The position numbers and the translations under genes are program-made. This document shows positions 12,280 to 45,081 of a stretch of 64,000 bases of DNA, in pieces. The stretch lies in NCBI GenBank assembly GCA_963693365.1, contig CAVNZM010000002.1, forward strand, positions 4,542,259 through 4,606,258, written 5' to 3'. Each line of letters starts with the position of its first letter. Positions within the stretch are counted from its first letter, which is position 1. Source of the stretch: Amoebidium appalachense (taxonomy: Eukaryota > Protista > Ichthyosporea). The notes beneath the pieces are model-generated. The model made no database searches, had not been told where the DNA came from, and saw nothing but the letters and a program-made list of their open reading frames with translations.

Positions 12280-13757
12280 TGTGTGTGCATATGTGCATGC
12301 GTGGTGAGTGATTCTGTGGTGCAGGGTGCAATCACCTGCAGGTCTGCGCTGACCATGGATGCATTTGGGCCGGCACTGTGCATGCCGACCTTAGCAAAGT
12401 CTCCACATGGGGGCCCACAGTTAGGGTTGTACTCCCTGTTGAAGGTATCAAAGTTCCCCTCACTGAATGTCTGGTAGCGCACTTGCCCCAGTGTCTGCCC
12501 CGGCCTGGCATACACCCTGCCCGTGCCTGTGTGCCGCAGCCAGCTGATGGCACCCCCCTCGTCTATTTTGTACTCCACGGGGCCACAGTGATTGGCTACG
12601 GGCCCAGTCAGGGGCTGCAATTTGGTGGGGTCTGGCCTGGGGGGGTGCTTGAGTGCCTGCTGCCGACGGGCAAGCTCTTCGCTGAAGCTGCAAGGGCAGG
12701 GGGGCAAGGGGGGAGGGGGGGGGGGGGGGGGGGAGGGCAGGGGGTCAGGTGGGGCCTATAGGGAGATGTAGATATCACCCACTTTGACTTGTGCCTATTG
12801 TCTGTTCCTCGTGCCCTTATCCATCACTTGCACAACCAACCTCCCCCCCCCCCCCAAACTCACACACATCATGACTTTGAACCTAACACTTATGATGTTG
12901 GGCCTATATTTTGTACCCCCGGTTGATCTTGGACCTAATAATAGCACACCCACCTAACGGTGGACCTAAATATAGCACCCACCTGGCCCACTGCTTTGAG
13001 GGTGCCTGGCCCAGCAATGCCTCCACGTGCTGTGGCTCGACAAATGTTCTTTGGTCGGCCCACTCGTCAGCCAGCAGCCGGTACTCTTTCTGCCCAATGG
13101 CTGCCTGGAATGCGGCCGTGCTCCAGTTGCCCTCTGCACACACACAGTGTCACAAATGTGTGCCCCCCTCCCCCCCCCCCCCCCCCCCCCCCCCCGGCCG
13201 CCCTCCCCCCACCCACCCACACACATGCCCCGCCCAAAAATCCACCCTTCCCAAACAACCAACCCCCTCACACCCCCCCCCCCCCCCCCCCCCCCCCCCC
13301 GTCTCCAACACCGGCCACCCCAAACACTACCCACCCACCCTTTCCTCCCACAAAACACCACACACCCCACACATCCACCCAGAAACACGACTATTCTTGC
13401 CGTCATCAAACTTCCGTGACAGTGTGCATGTGAAACCCTCCCAGCATTCCAGACAACCCCTCCACCCCCCTCTCCCCATTCCTGCCCCCTCCCCCCCCCC
13501 CCCTCCCCCCCCATCAACGCCCACCTGTAGACCACAGTGCTGGTGTCCATGTGCCGACTGATAGCCCCCAGTTGTGCTCGTTGCCTGTCAGTAGTCTGCG
13601 CCTAAACACCTCCACTGCTGGGTCACTGTCACTGATCAAGCCCATCGAGAGGGCCTCGTGCTCGTAGCGCCGTGCCTCCCTCAAAGCGGCTACCTGCATG
13701 CCGGGAGGGCCAAAAAAAAAAAAAAAAAAAAAAAGTGTGTGTGTGCGTGGTGGTTGT

Positions 13758-13789
<32 letters not shown>

Positions 13790-14631
13790 AAGAGCGATGA
13801 GCCCGTGGCCTATCTCTGTTTTTGTGTGAGGGTTGAGGATGCAGGGGCCAAGGCAGGTTGGAGGCCATTGCTAAGGCCACGGCGGGGCACAAGACAGTGG
13901 GGCTAGTGCATTCCTGGTATAGTTCATGCAGCATCCAAGTGTGTGTGTGTTGTGTGTGGGGAGGAGGGGAGGGTGGGTGGGGGGTGGGGGGAGGGGGAGG
14001 AGGGGGAGGCATGCCTAGTATAGGCTTCGCAGCAATGACGGAGGGGGAGGGGGGGGGAGGGGGGAGACATGCCTGCTATGGATCAAGCATCAATAAAGGT
14101 GGTAGGGGGGAAGGCTTGTTCATGCTAGTATGGGCTTTGCAGCAATTATTGAGTTTAGCAATTACCTAACAAGCGACACACCAATTAATGGGGTTAGCAC
14201 ATGCCTAATACGAACAACGCAGCAACGAGGGGGTTGGTGCATGCCTTATATGGGTCAGCTGCAGCGCCATATAGCCACGAGTCTCCTATCTCCCCATCGA
14301 CCACAGGCAGCAGGTGCCTAGCCTCCAACAGTGCCCGGCCAAACTCATCCAGACTGCTGGCCTGCACATGGGCACCGGGGTAATTGCTGCGTGCATCGGC
14401 CCAGAACTGCGCCACCTAGAAAGGGGACAAGAGATTAGCTGCTTGGTGCTTGCCATGCGCAAGACACCACACGGTCAGAAAGGGTTTGGTCCAAAAAAAA
14501 AAAAAGAGAAAAAGGAAAAAAGAAAGGTAACGAAATGTCTGGGCAGGCATGCTCTGGGTGTTTCCCCCCCCAACCCCCTCCCCCCCCTTCCTTTCATCTT
14601 TCTTCTTCTTCTTCTTCTTTTTTTTTTTTTT

Positions 14632-14662
<31 letters not shown>

Positions 14663-14717
14663 GAGGGGCAAGTACACACGGCGCGCTCTGGATACGTGTA
14701 CACACACGGCATACACA

Positions 14718-14773
<56 letters not shown>

Positions 14774-16542
14774 AGCAGGGCCATAGCGCACCGTTTCAGC
14801 GTCATAGGGCTCCCTGTTGTCCTGGCCATACTGGAACAGCAGCACGTCCTGCATGCCCTCGACCTGCACCTTTGTGCCGTAGTTGTGCTCCACCATGGTC
14901 ACCAGCGACGTGCCTGTCTCCTCGTGCCGCCACACAAACACAGGCGGCAGGCTGGCCATGGCACAGGCCGAGTTGTAGCCTATGTGCAGCACACGCACAC
15001 CGGCACCATGCAGTATGGGTATCACAGACCGGCTCAGCCCCGTCACGTCAGTAATCTTAGCGGTTATGGTGCCGTGCTTGGTGCCGAACCTCGTGTTGAG
15101 GCGGTCTCTGAGGGTCATGCCCTGGGCCAGTAGGCCTGCATCGGCCAGCTCAGGAAACATGCTGAAGGGTAGGCCCTGCCACTGCACGTGGCCCTTCACT
15201 ATGGCCCCACGCAGCCTGCTGGCCGTGTGCGTGTTGAGAGGGCCATGCCGGCACCCTGCAGTGCCCTCCAGTGCCTCAAGGAGCAGCCAGGGGTGGGAGG
15301 TCCACACGTAGCTGGGGGAAGAGGAGGCCGATAATTTGAGTGTGTGTATGGTAACAGATACAAGAAGGGTAACACAGCCATGTATACAGCCGCAGATGCA
15401 AGCACCAAACACACTTACACTTGGCAAACACCAGCTTGTGAAGCCATGCACAGACACACGCACACACACACTTGCACACACCCACAACAACCCACCCACC
15501 CACCCACCCACCCACACAGACACATAAGCGGAGAGAGAGTGAGTGAGAGAGAGGAAGAGGCAGAGTATGTGTGTGTGTGAGGGGAGGGGGGGGAGGGGGG
15601 GGAGGAGAGAGGTGGCGGGGGGTAGTGGAGAAAGGATGGGGGGGAGGGGAGGAGAGGCAGAGAGAGACAGAGACACATCCACACATAGGCACACAGTCCG
15701 CGCGCTCACACACACACTCTGTGCACACATATACACATCTAGGCACCTAAACACTCACCAACACAAGCACACAGGCGCGAACATCCACCACACACACACA
15801 AGCATGCCAAGTGTGCATCCATTCAGCCACACACACATAGCACATACTCGCCTACTGGCCTCTCCCCCACCTCTTCGAACACCATAGGTGCCCCCCCCTC
15901 CCCCCCCCCCCCCCCCCCCCCTCCCCCTCCTCCTCCTCCCCCCCCGGCGCCAGCCCTCCCTGCGCCACCAATTATGTACCCTTCCCCCACCTCGTGTCGT
16001 TTGTTGCTGCCAGCTGCTCTGCCAGGTCTATGTGCTGGTCTATCAGCTTGTCAAAGTACAGGTCACACACGTCCCGTCCTGCGTGCGTGTACCCAAGGTC
16101 GAAGTGTGACATCCATACGAGGTGCACCCGCTGCACGCCCTGCATCCAACAAATAAGTAAGCAGAGATAGGTGGCTACAGGGCAAAGGGTGGGAAGGGGG
16201 GGGATGGGTGGGGGTGGTGCTCGTGGTGGGATGGGGTGGGGGGGAGGGGGTGGGGGGAGGGGGTGGGGAGGGGCTTTATAGGAGAAGAGGGGGGGGGGGG
16301 GGGGGGAGGGAGGGGGGGGGGGGAGCGGGAGGGGGGGGGGGGGGGTTTGGAGGGGAAGTGGAGCTTCCGCACAACCAGATCTATGTGCGGCTTGGCGTTG
16401 GATCCCTCGACAACTTTCCGTCCGCCGCCACAAACCAGCACGCACTCACCTCGTTGGCAGCTGGTGCCTTGTTGAGGGTCACACGGCCATGGCCAGGAAG
16501 TAGCAGTGCCGTAAAGGCAAAGCACACAGCACTCCAACGCAT
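10756..16542 (-). CDS. Secreted glycoside hydrolase-like protein of the DUF5054 family (GH38-like N-terminal catalytic region), 9 exons, 710 aa
   Basis: Exons 16542-16450, 16139-15991, 15311-14792, 14415-14245, 13693-13525, 13133-12983, 12687-12336, 12046-11669 and 10905-10756 (2133 nt, in phase). Signal peptide MRWSAVCFAFTALLLPGHG. Motifs: VHLVWMSHFDLGYT, YVWTSHPWL, AKITDVTG, EIGDSWLYGAAADPYKVAALR, EHNWG, KTATRLAEATWLSF, SLDAALVSPG, GMHYVLHNNLWGTAFPQWY..DALFRF. Confidence 0.88.
10985..11500. repeat. Composite minisatellite: 12-bp core AGGCGCCACACC/AGTCACCACACT with mostly alternating 9-nt and 5-nt AT-rich spacers
   Basis: About 25 cores separated by attataatc, atcttaata or attatatta (9 nt) or attta (5 nt). 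Lies inside intron 8 of the DUF5054 gene. Confidence 0.92.
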
Positions 16543-17524
16543 GGCTAGGTGCTTTTGTGAGGGCTAAGTGACCGGAAGGGTTAGCGTTGCAGAGTGCGCA
16601 GTGCCACCAAACAAAACCAGTTAGATGCACTATGTGGCTATGGGGTAGGTGAGGCGCCAGCGAGCGAGAGGGGTGGCAGCCAGCGCACTGCCCTGCCGCA
16701 GCAAAGACAGGCAGGTAGACTGTTGAGGAAGGGACAAGGTGCTTTGGGGGTTGTACGCAGAATGTTGGTTATGGTTCAACTTGGTTGCTTTGGAAATCTG
16801 AGAGTGGGACCTCAGACCTGGCCTGCTTTTTTGTTTGTTTGGAGCGTGATGTAGGAATGTGCCATACCATGCACCTATTGGCTCAATGGAGAGCGGAATT
16901 GACCTAATATGGCCGAGCCTCAAGCCCCCTTTGCAGCACACATTAGAGGAGGTTCAAACAAGTACATACATACAGTGCATAAAGCCTGGCAATTTGCCTG
17001 CGATTCCTAATTTCTTCTTCATTGTTTTCTTGTGCCGCCAACCTTTTCCCACCAAAAACGTCTCTATGCAGGTATATGTGTTGCCGCGGCCTAGGTTTTC
17101 TATAATTGTAACTACGCGTTCATGACACTTAACCAATGAGAGGAGTAACGCTAGCTGTATTTGGCTATTTCGTCATCTGTGCCCTGGATTATAAATGATG
17201 AGCCGCTCAGCCGGTTTTTGGCTTTGTGCACAGTGATGGCTCCAGATCTTGCCGGTAGACCTGGCACTGCTGGCAGGCTCACAGCTGTTGAAACTCCAAA
17301 ACGCGGAGGTGTGCGCAGTTCAAGTAGGAACATTGGAAGGCCCATATCACGTGTATATATTTACTACTCAAAGAGTTTGGTAGCTTTTAGAACTGGGCGT
17401 GGCTGTTTATTTTGTAGCGCCTCATAGGCTTTTCACAGAGCTCTTCAAAGTTTACCCCACCCTCCCCACAACCCCCCCTCTGTGGGTCTCTGTGTGGCCT
17501 ACACGGATACGCGGGCGCACTGCT
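16543..17524. promoter_or_regulatory. Divergent promoter region between the DUF5054 gene and the TBC gene
   Basis: Head-to-head starts about 1 kb apart; the region lacks the microsatellites and long homopolymers typical of the introns. Confidence 0.55.
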
Positions 17525-36014
<18,490 letters not shown>

Positions 36015-36970
36015 CTTTTAAGTCACACAAGGTGTGTTCCTACTAACCAACTCCCCCCCCCCCCCCCCCCCCCCCTATCCCGACCCTCCTCCCCACTTTG
36101 CCCACCTCAAGGCAGTCCCAACCCTAATCCACACATCCCTCGAATGTGTCCACAAACCCCAAGTGTGCTGCACAGTGGCTGGCACCCACCACCCTCCTTC
36201 CCCACACCCAAGCATGCTCTGCCCTCGAACCTATACCCGGGGCGCTTCACCCATCCCCTCCACGCTGCCTTTCTCCCTGCCACCTTTCACATGCTGCTTG
36301 TGCCCTGCCTGTTTGGACGAAACAAGCCACTGACCTACAGAGCACACAGGCAAAGGGTCTGCGCCGGCAGGTCAAAGGGTATGCAGCTGGAGGTGAATGC
36401 AAGCAGTTGAGAAGGGCTGAGTGGTATGAATGGTGTTGGCAAGGTAGTAATATGAAGGAACTTTTATTGCTGTAACTCTACTTGCAAGTATGTTTTTATT
36501 CTATTTACAAGAATGCTACTGCTCTGTTTACACGTATGTTCTGCTCTACTTACATGTAGGCTGCCATTCTGTATATGTACAATTCTGTTACTCTACTCCT
36601 TTTACTCTCATGTATGCCGCTATGTATATGTACATGTATGGCGCTATTCTTCTATCTTCTTGTATTATGTGCTCCGCATCACTGTGTTGAGAGTGCATCT
36701 AGGTTAGCCTTTCTACTGGCCGTGCTCTCATTTGGGCTGTTATGCACTAACTAGTTTCAATGTAAACTGACTGCCATCACTAACAGTAAATATGTACTTA
36801 GTACTGAGTAAACACGTGTACGGCACACCGTTTGCCATCACTGAGAATATTAAAGGCATATTCGCTGTAATCTTTCAAGCATTTTTTCGTTTACAGGCAA
36901 GCACCATTAGAGGCCTACTGTTTGTAATCCATGGTCGTATCCAAGCAAAATCCCCCATGTCTTTCCAAAT

Positions 36971-38353
36971 TTAGGCGTGCTGTGCACCCTCCCACTTGTC
37001 ACGGTCCCACTTTTCCACCTCGAAGTCCAGCCCACGGTTGCCCCAACACCGACAGAAGCCACGGCGCCGCAGTGTGCAGAAGAGAATCGACAGCATGGCA
37101 ATGCCACCAAGGACACCTGTGTGTGTGCGTGCAGAGGGCGGCAGGGGAAGGGGGCGCGGGGATTTGGGGGGGGGGGAGGAGGGGGAGGAGGGTTAGAATG
37201 TAATACCGAGTGCGAAGATACATTTATGACGGATAACACGATGCAGTTGCAAGGCACACAAAAGAGCATCCTCAGGGAGGCGGCAGTGGTGGGGTGGGGT
37301 GGGTGGTGGTGATGGTGTGTGTGTGTGTGTGTGTTGTTGGGGGGGGAGCCCCCCCCCCCCCAATGCTGCTAAGTGGTCGTCGGAGAAAACATGTCAGGCT
37401 CTGCACGTGTCTGTGTGCTTGCTGGCTGTGGGGCACACAAGGGACACGTGCAGTAGGCAGTGTGAGTGAGTATTCGTAGGATGTGGGAATCGTGTGTGCG
37501 CATGTGTCTGCGCCCATACGTGTTTGCGTATCTGCACGTGCCTGCGCTTAAGTGTTTGTGTATGCGCCTATGTGCATATGCAGTGCGACGTGTGTGTATG
37601 TGTTTGTGTCTGTTGTGTACTATGAAATATGCTCGTGTTTGTGTTGTCCATATGTGCACGTGCATGCTGTGCAAATACACACCCAGCACTATGCCGACGA
37701 TCATGGCTGTGCGCTTGCTGTTGTCCTCTGGGGGCTCCACCCCCTCGGCCGCCCAACTGAACCACATGTTGCCCACAGGCAGGCCAAGAGGCACCGCTGT
37801 AACCATAACCATCACGGTCAGGCATTAGCCTTTTTTAGGTACAGTACATTGCCTTTATCGGGGTAGTCACTAGCCTATCGGGATACAGTCATTATCGCTA
37901 TTGGGGTACAGTCACGTGAGAGGGCAGCAGTCTGATTGGCCATGCAGTGCCACCCAGCCAGCACACACACTAATCAGGCCACCACGGGTGACAGAACACT
38001 CATGGGTGCACATCGGGGTGCATGTTTCAGGAAGAGAGGTGGGGCAAGTTGGAGGGAGCCATGGGCTTCAGGAGAGAAGGGGGGGGGGGGGGGGGGGGGG
38101 GGGAGGGGGGGGAGGAGGGGGTGGAGGGGGGGGGGGGGGTGGGGGGGTCACGGCTTACATGTGCTGGAGGCAAAGAAGAAGTGAAGCTCCTGGGCGCCTG
38201 CAGATGTGTGCAGCAGCACGGCACCAACATTGTCGCTGGTGGACGGTTGTTTCTGGGGGGTGAGGTAGGGTGAGAAAGGAATGATGGGCAAGGGGTGTGG
38301 GTGGTGTTGTTGCGGTGGCCGGTGGTGGTGGTGGGGGTGGGTGGGCTGGTTTG

Positions 38354-38414
<61 letters not shown>

Positions 38415-39580
38415 AGGGACCGGAAGAAAGCAAAGCCAACGGGAGCCAAGGGTGGGCGTTGCAGAGAGGTGGGACGAATGGACTAGAACATGTTGGCGAT
38501 ATTTGTATCTGATTGGGCTGGGGGATGTGTGCCTGCGTGCGTGTATGTGTGTGTGTGTGGGTGTGTGGGTGTGTGTGTGCGCGCACGCGCGCCTATTGGT
38601 GTGTGCCTGCACCTATTGCTGTGCCTGTGCTACATGGCCACCTACATCGTCTGTACCGTAGACCAGCACCGGTGTGACGGTGAGGCCATTCTGCTGCTGG
38701 GCCAGCAGTCTGGCCGATGCATGCCACACCATGCCGGCACGTAGCGGCACCTTCTCGAGCTTGAGTGGCCCCCCTGATGCTGGGTGCAGCCAAAACGCCT
38801 GAGGGGGGGAAGGGATTGGGAGGGGGGGGGGGGGGAGGGGGGAGGGGAGGCTCAGAAAAAAAAAAAAAAGGGACACAGGCAAAGGGACAAAGCACACAGA
38901 AAAACGAGGAAGATTGGGGGCAAGTCGTCTACAGCTTGCCGGGTCGGTGTTGCAAAACAAATAACAGATTACGGCTGTCGACAAGACAGCACCGCACGCA
39001 CCTCGCTGACACCGGGCTTTGTCAGCTCCACCCCCACGGTGCTGCTTGGGAATGTGAATGCGCTGACCCTCCTGACACCAAACCGGGCACAGTAGTTGTT
39101 GAGCTGCGCCCATATGGGGCCAGATAGACTGCTCTTCCACACCCCTGCAACACACACATTAGCATAGTTATGATGAAATATGCCTCGACTAGTTGAGTGG
39201 CTCTAGTATAGGTGTCAGGCTAATACGATCTTCCTTCTTTCTCTTATTATGTCTAGCGCCCCACACACATCATTACCACTTCATGGTATTTGCCTCCTGC
39301 AGTTTGCTGGCTTTAGCGATATAGCTGTGATATTAGTACCAATTTTAATTCTTTCTCTAAATTTTAATTCAATAAGACTCTTCGTGCTATAGCTGCAACA
39401 CCAGTACTATTCCAATCTTTCCCTACATCATATTTAGTAAGAGGCACATTAGTACTCAGTTTCCTATTAAGCTGAAATCCCTTCCCTACCCAACCTGCCC
39501 TGTTTCCCCTGTCTCTACGAATGCCCTGTCTGTTCATGTGCACGTGCACCTTCTATCCCTTTTACCTCCACTCCCCCCCT

Positions 39581-39611
<31 letters not shown>

Positions 39612-40397
39612 ACCACCACCACCCCGTTTTCTCCGGCACACCCAAGCAACAACAGTTCGCCCCAGCTTGCATTTTGCGCATCCGATCCCCCTTCCCCCCT
39701 CCCCCCCCCCTCCCCCCCTCCTCCCCTCCCTGCTTCCCCTTCCCCCCCCCCCCCCCCCTGCACGGCATGCGCATACCCTGGTCATCCTGGTAGCTCAGGA
39801 ATGCATCCGTCAGGAAGATAGCAAAGTAGCGTGGCTGGTTGTTTTCATCCACCAGGGTGAGTGACTGCAGCCCGATTGTCTCAACAACCTCGTATGGTGC
39901 CCCGTTTTTCTGCACAACAGATGCACATTAGCCACCACCCAGGCCATAATACTCTATGCCCACACCCTCATAACCCCTGTCTTCTTTGTATGCTGCCCAT
40001 CCCCTACTTTCCCGCCCACCCCGCTCACTGCCTTCTCTTCCCCTTGTGCTGTTACACACCATATTCTCCGCTTTTCTTCTCCTTATGCTCTCCCTCTCAT
40101 TCTCCACCCATTCCCCTCATCCACCTACCTTCTTCTTGCCCCCGTACTGTTACAGAACCCCATTTCCCTGCTCTCCTCTCTATGTCATTACCTATACCCC
40201 CCCCCCCACCCCTTCCCTCTCTGTTCTCCTTATGCTGCCACCGATCCGATGCCACCCCCTCCCCCAATGCAATCACGGCCAGTGCCCACCTTCATGATGT
40301 CCTCCAGATAAGGCAGGGATGTGCTGTTGAGCTGTGTGGTCAGCACCAATGCCTGTGGTGTGGTTTGGATCAGTTGTTTTTTTTTGGTTTTTTTTTT

Positions 40398-40462
<65 letters not shown>

Positions 40463-40628
40463 GGGGGAGCGGGGGGATGGAATCTCCATATCCATGGCGG
40501 TCATATTTCGTTATATAGCCTTGCATGTGATAGAGCTGGAGCACTGTCGGCCTAGTGCCGGCACCTGATGTCAGCCTCGAAATGCATTTGCTAGCCCGCA
40601 GCCTCCCCCCCGCCTCCCCCCTCCCCCC

Positions 40629-40694
<66 letters not shown>

Positions 40695-41003
40695 GCAAGC
40701 AATATGGAATTCAATTTGCATGCTGCTCTGTGTGTGTGTGTGTGTTTGTGCACGTGCACTTTTGCCTGTGTCTGTGAAGGGATACAGGGGTGTGCCCATA
40801 CCGACATAGTCCTCATGGATAGTGCAGGCCTCTGGGCCCTCGACACCATGAGTATTCTCTTGTTGCAGAACTTGACGGCCATCCACTGCTGCTGCGCCAT
40901 GCCCTGGCTAGAGGTCCACGTCACATTGGGATCCACAAACGGCTTGGGGTCCAGCGTGGGGGGCCCCTGGATAGGTCCACATGTGCTGTGGGCATTTTTT
41001 TTT

Positions 41004-41047
<44 letters not shown>

Positions 41048-42420
41048 CAAGGGCTAGATAGGCATGTTGTACGCACAAATGCGCGTGGGGGGAGGAAGGG
41101 GGGGGGGGGGGGGGGGGGGGGAGGTTTGGTCTAAAGCAACGAATAGGCATGTTGGACCTTCAGGAGCAAGGGGTTGAGCTCTCAAGGCCCGCAAAAGAGG
41201 GCCGTGGGCAGGAGGAGGGGGGAGGGGGGTTGTGAGGGAGGGAAGGGAAGGGGGAGGTTCGGAGCGCGGGGGGTGGGGTGGGGTGGGGTGGGGGGGGGGG
41301 GGGGGGGGGGGGAGGGGGGTTAAGAATGCGGGACACGGTACGAAGTACAACAATAAGATGAGAAACATGGTGCAGGTAACACACATAGGCGGTGTTTGGA
41401 GGGGGAAAGGGGGGGAGGGGCGGGGGGGGGGGGGGGGGGGGGGGGGGAGGAAGAGGAATAGAAAGATTGTGTGATTGAGAAATAAAGAGGGATAGAGACA
41501 AAGAGAGAGAGGAGTGGGGCAAAGAAAGAGGGAGAGAAAGAGAGAGAGGGAGGAAGAGGGGCAGGAGGAGGGGAGACACACACACACACAGAGAGAGAGA
41601 ATACACGACTTACGTGCAGTTGGTGTACTTTCCCACCCACACATCCCCCCTGTACTCGGCATTGACCCTCAGTATCTCGTCTGTGCCGCATGGCCCCGGA
41701 GTGCTGCCGGTCTTCATGCCGATACCATTGCGCCCCAACAGACACCACACCCCAAAGCTGTTGTCTTTGATCACAGCCTGTAAAACATATATCAGCACGT
41801 GCACACACCACCCACACAGTGCAACCACACATTCAATGTTTCACCTATCCCATCGGCACTGAATGGCTGGTCTTCTTGCTTTTTTCTTCAAGACCCCCAT
41901 GCCCTGTCTCCTTCATGGGGTGTGTCTTGGTGATTGCTAACCCCTCCCTGCTCACACCCTTCTTTTTCATTTTGCTCCCTCCCTTCCCCCTCGCTTCCCA
42001 CAACACACTTATAGCACCCCATTCTCCCTCGGTCACACCGTCCACCCCCCCCCCCCCCCCCCCCTCGACGTACACTCCCCTCGTGCACCCCTAACCAAAA
42101 CAACCACGCCCGCCACCATCCCCCCCTCTCCCCCCCCCCCCCCCCCAACCATCCCCCCCCCCCCCGCCCCACCTCCCACCCCCCACTCAGCCGCCCCAAA
42201 CACACATGCACACAACCCCCCACACACACATGGTGCCCACCATCCCCCCCACCTTTGTTGTTTCCAAATTGGGGTCAGCCAGCTCCCAACCCGACGGCAA
42301 TCTGTAAGCTGAGTTCTGGCATCCATTTGCTGACGTCGCACCCGAGGGGTCGGCATTGTCCAAAGTGGCAAACACCAGCCCCCCACTGATCACTACGTTG
42401 TTGATGGCCGTGCTGCGGCT

Positions 42421-42502
<82 letters not shown>

Positions 42503-42529
42503 ATGCATGTGTGTGTATGTATGCGTGTG

Positions 42530-42604
<75 letters not shown>

Positions 42605-42606
42605 AC

Positions 42607-42637
<31 letters not shown>

Positions 42638-42711
42638 CGTGCGTGCGTGTGTGTGTTTGGGTGTGCGTGTGCGTGTGTTTACGCGCGGAAGACTGGGATT
42701 TGGGGGGATGG

Positions 42712-42796
<85 letters not shown>

Positions 42797-45035
42797 CGGA
42801 GAGATTTCAGCATCTTAGGTGCGTGTGCAGGTTTCGGCAGATAAAACATAGCTAAACCCCATCCATCCGATTTTGTAATTTGGTTACGGAATCCAATGGT
42901 TTTGCGCTGTGATTTTTCTGGGCCTTCCAAAACGGCTTTCTGTCGTATATGATGCATGAAATGAAAATGCCTGGTTGGATTTTTGCAATCTTCTAAAGGC
43001 GGCACAAGTACCGGGGTGGACCTTTGGTTCATGGGGTCTGTTCAGCCGATATATCAAACAAAATTTCAATAAACCCCCAGCAGGATGGTGCAAGCACTGG
43101 GTAACTGTGGTTGACACTGCCAAAGTTCAAAGCAGTGAGGGTTCATGGTCGATCTGATGTAACCAGAAAGACCCCCCCAAATTTTCATTAGCACATGGTC
43201 TCCGTTGGTCATAACCGGCACCACATGTCGATGCTAATCGGTTGGCCCCTCACCAAACAGTAGGTGAGCCGGGAGGGGGAGGAGGGGGGGGAGGGGGATC
43301 CTACGTGGAAGGCACGGCATTTGGGGGGGCTTTTCTCTGGATGAAGACCCTACGGGAGCAGCTGATTGGCCAGTAGACGGTCTGGCCCCCCACTTGCTTT
43401 GGCAGGTCGTACTTTTGCAGTGCCCCGTCCCCACAGTTGTCATTGTTGTACATGAACGAGGTGCCTGCACCTGTGACCTTGCACAGGGTTCCAAATGCTC
43501 GACCCATTCCTAGCAGGGCTACACGCATGTCGCTAGTGTCTTCGGCTAGTGTCCATCCGGATGGCAGCTGTGGTGGTGGTGGTTAGTGTGTATACGTGTG
43601 CGCATACGGTAGTCACTGGGTTTGCGTGTGCATGCCTTTAATATCCACAGACAGACACACGCACATGCACCGTGCTCGAATTCGTGCGTACACATCAAAA
43701 GGTGTGGCTTAGAGTTGCTATACATCACATATGCACGTCTTTTAAATCACTCCAGATCATCCAGGTACCAGCAAAACTTATCCCCCTCCCCCCCTCTCCC
43801 CTGCCCCCTGCCCCCCCTTCCCCCCCGCCAAGCATACCCCTTCCTACTACTTTTCCCACGCCAACCTCTCCCCCACTAATAGTGGGCACACAGGAGACAG
43901 AGTGGGGGCAAAGAGACGGTTGGGTCTGGGGCGGGAGGAGTAGGGTGGGGGGGGGGGAGGGGGGGAGGGGGGGCGGCTCTACCGTGTTTGCTGTCTTCTG
44001 ACAGAGGAACCCCGTGGCATTGACGGGTGTGTCGTCGATGGATGCATACTGGATGCCTGCACGTGCACATGGCAGTCAGGGCATGCACGTGCACATGGCA
44101 GTCAGGGCATGCACGTGCACATGGCAGTCAGGGCATGCACGTGCACATGGCAGTCAGGGCATGCACGTGCACATGGCAGTCAGGGCATGCACGTGCACAT
44201 GGCAGTCAGGGCATGCACGTGCACATGGCAGTCAGGGCATGCACGTACACATGGCAGTCAGGGCATGCACGTGCACATGGCAGTCAGGGCATGCACGTGC
44301 ACATGGCAGTCAGGGCATGCACGTACACATGGCAGTCAGGGCATGCACGTGCACATGGCAGTCAGGGCATGCACGTGCACATGGCAGTCAGGGCATGCAC
44401 GTGCACATGGCAGTCAGGGCATGCACGTGCATATCAACCCATCCCTTCCCTCCTGTTCCCCCCCCCCCCAGTCCCCTCCCCATCCTACCCACCCTCCCTC
44501 CCCTACCGTTGTATGTGACGATGTTTTGGACTGGCTTCTTGTTGATGACCACTAGCTCCGTGTCTCCAGGCCGGGCTGGTTGGCTGATGAGAATGCGGTA
44601 GCTGCAGTCCTTGGGGTAGTAGCTGGAGGGGGGAAGGGGGGGGGGTAGAGTGGGGAGCATGCCACACAGGTCACTGAGTGTAGTTGAATCTGCACAAACA
44701 GACAGGCACATGGAAAGCACGCAAGATAGACAGGGAGGGTACCAACGTTGGACTGGGGTTCCAAGTGGGTAGATATGCATGGGGGCTCAACTGATAGCAA
44801 AGAGCAAGAACATACGGACATCAAGGCATAATGGGTGATAGCGACAAGTTAAATGGGTGTTAGGATGAGGGTACGGAGGTCCCAGGAGGAGCCCGGTGTA
44901 ATGGGGCTAAGAGGTATGGCATGTGTTCGAGGAGGCACCTACCCAGTGACCGAGTCTCCAAGAAGAGCATTGGTGACTACTGGTTTGCGGTCCGTGCTGA
45001 GCGTACGGTAGGCCTGCAGACGGCGGCGGCGGCGG

Positions 45036-45081
<46 letters not shown>

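Noticed and set aside
42800-43250. Complex AT-richer intronic inserts (also 39160-39500 and 50180-50400) as MITEs
   Set aside because: They look compositionally foreign, but I found no convincing TIR or TSD; this needs a genome-wide copy search.
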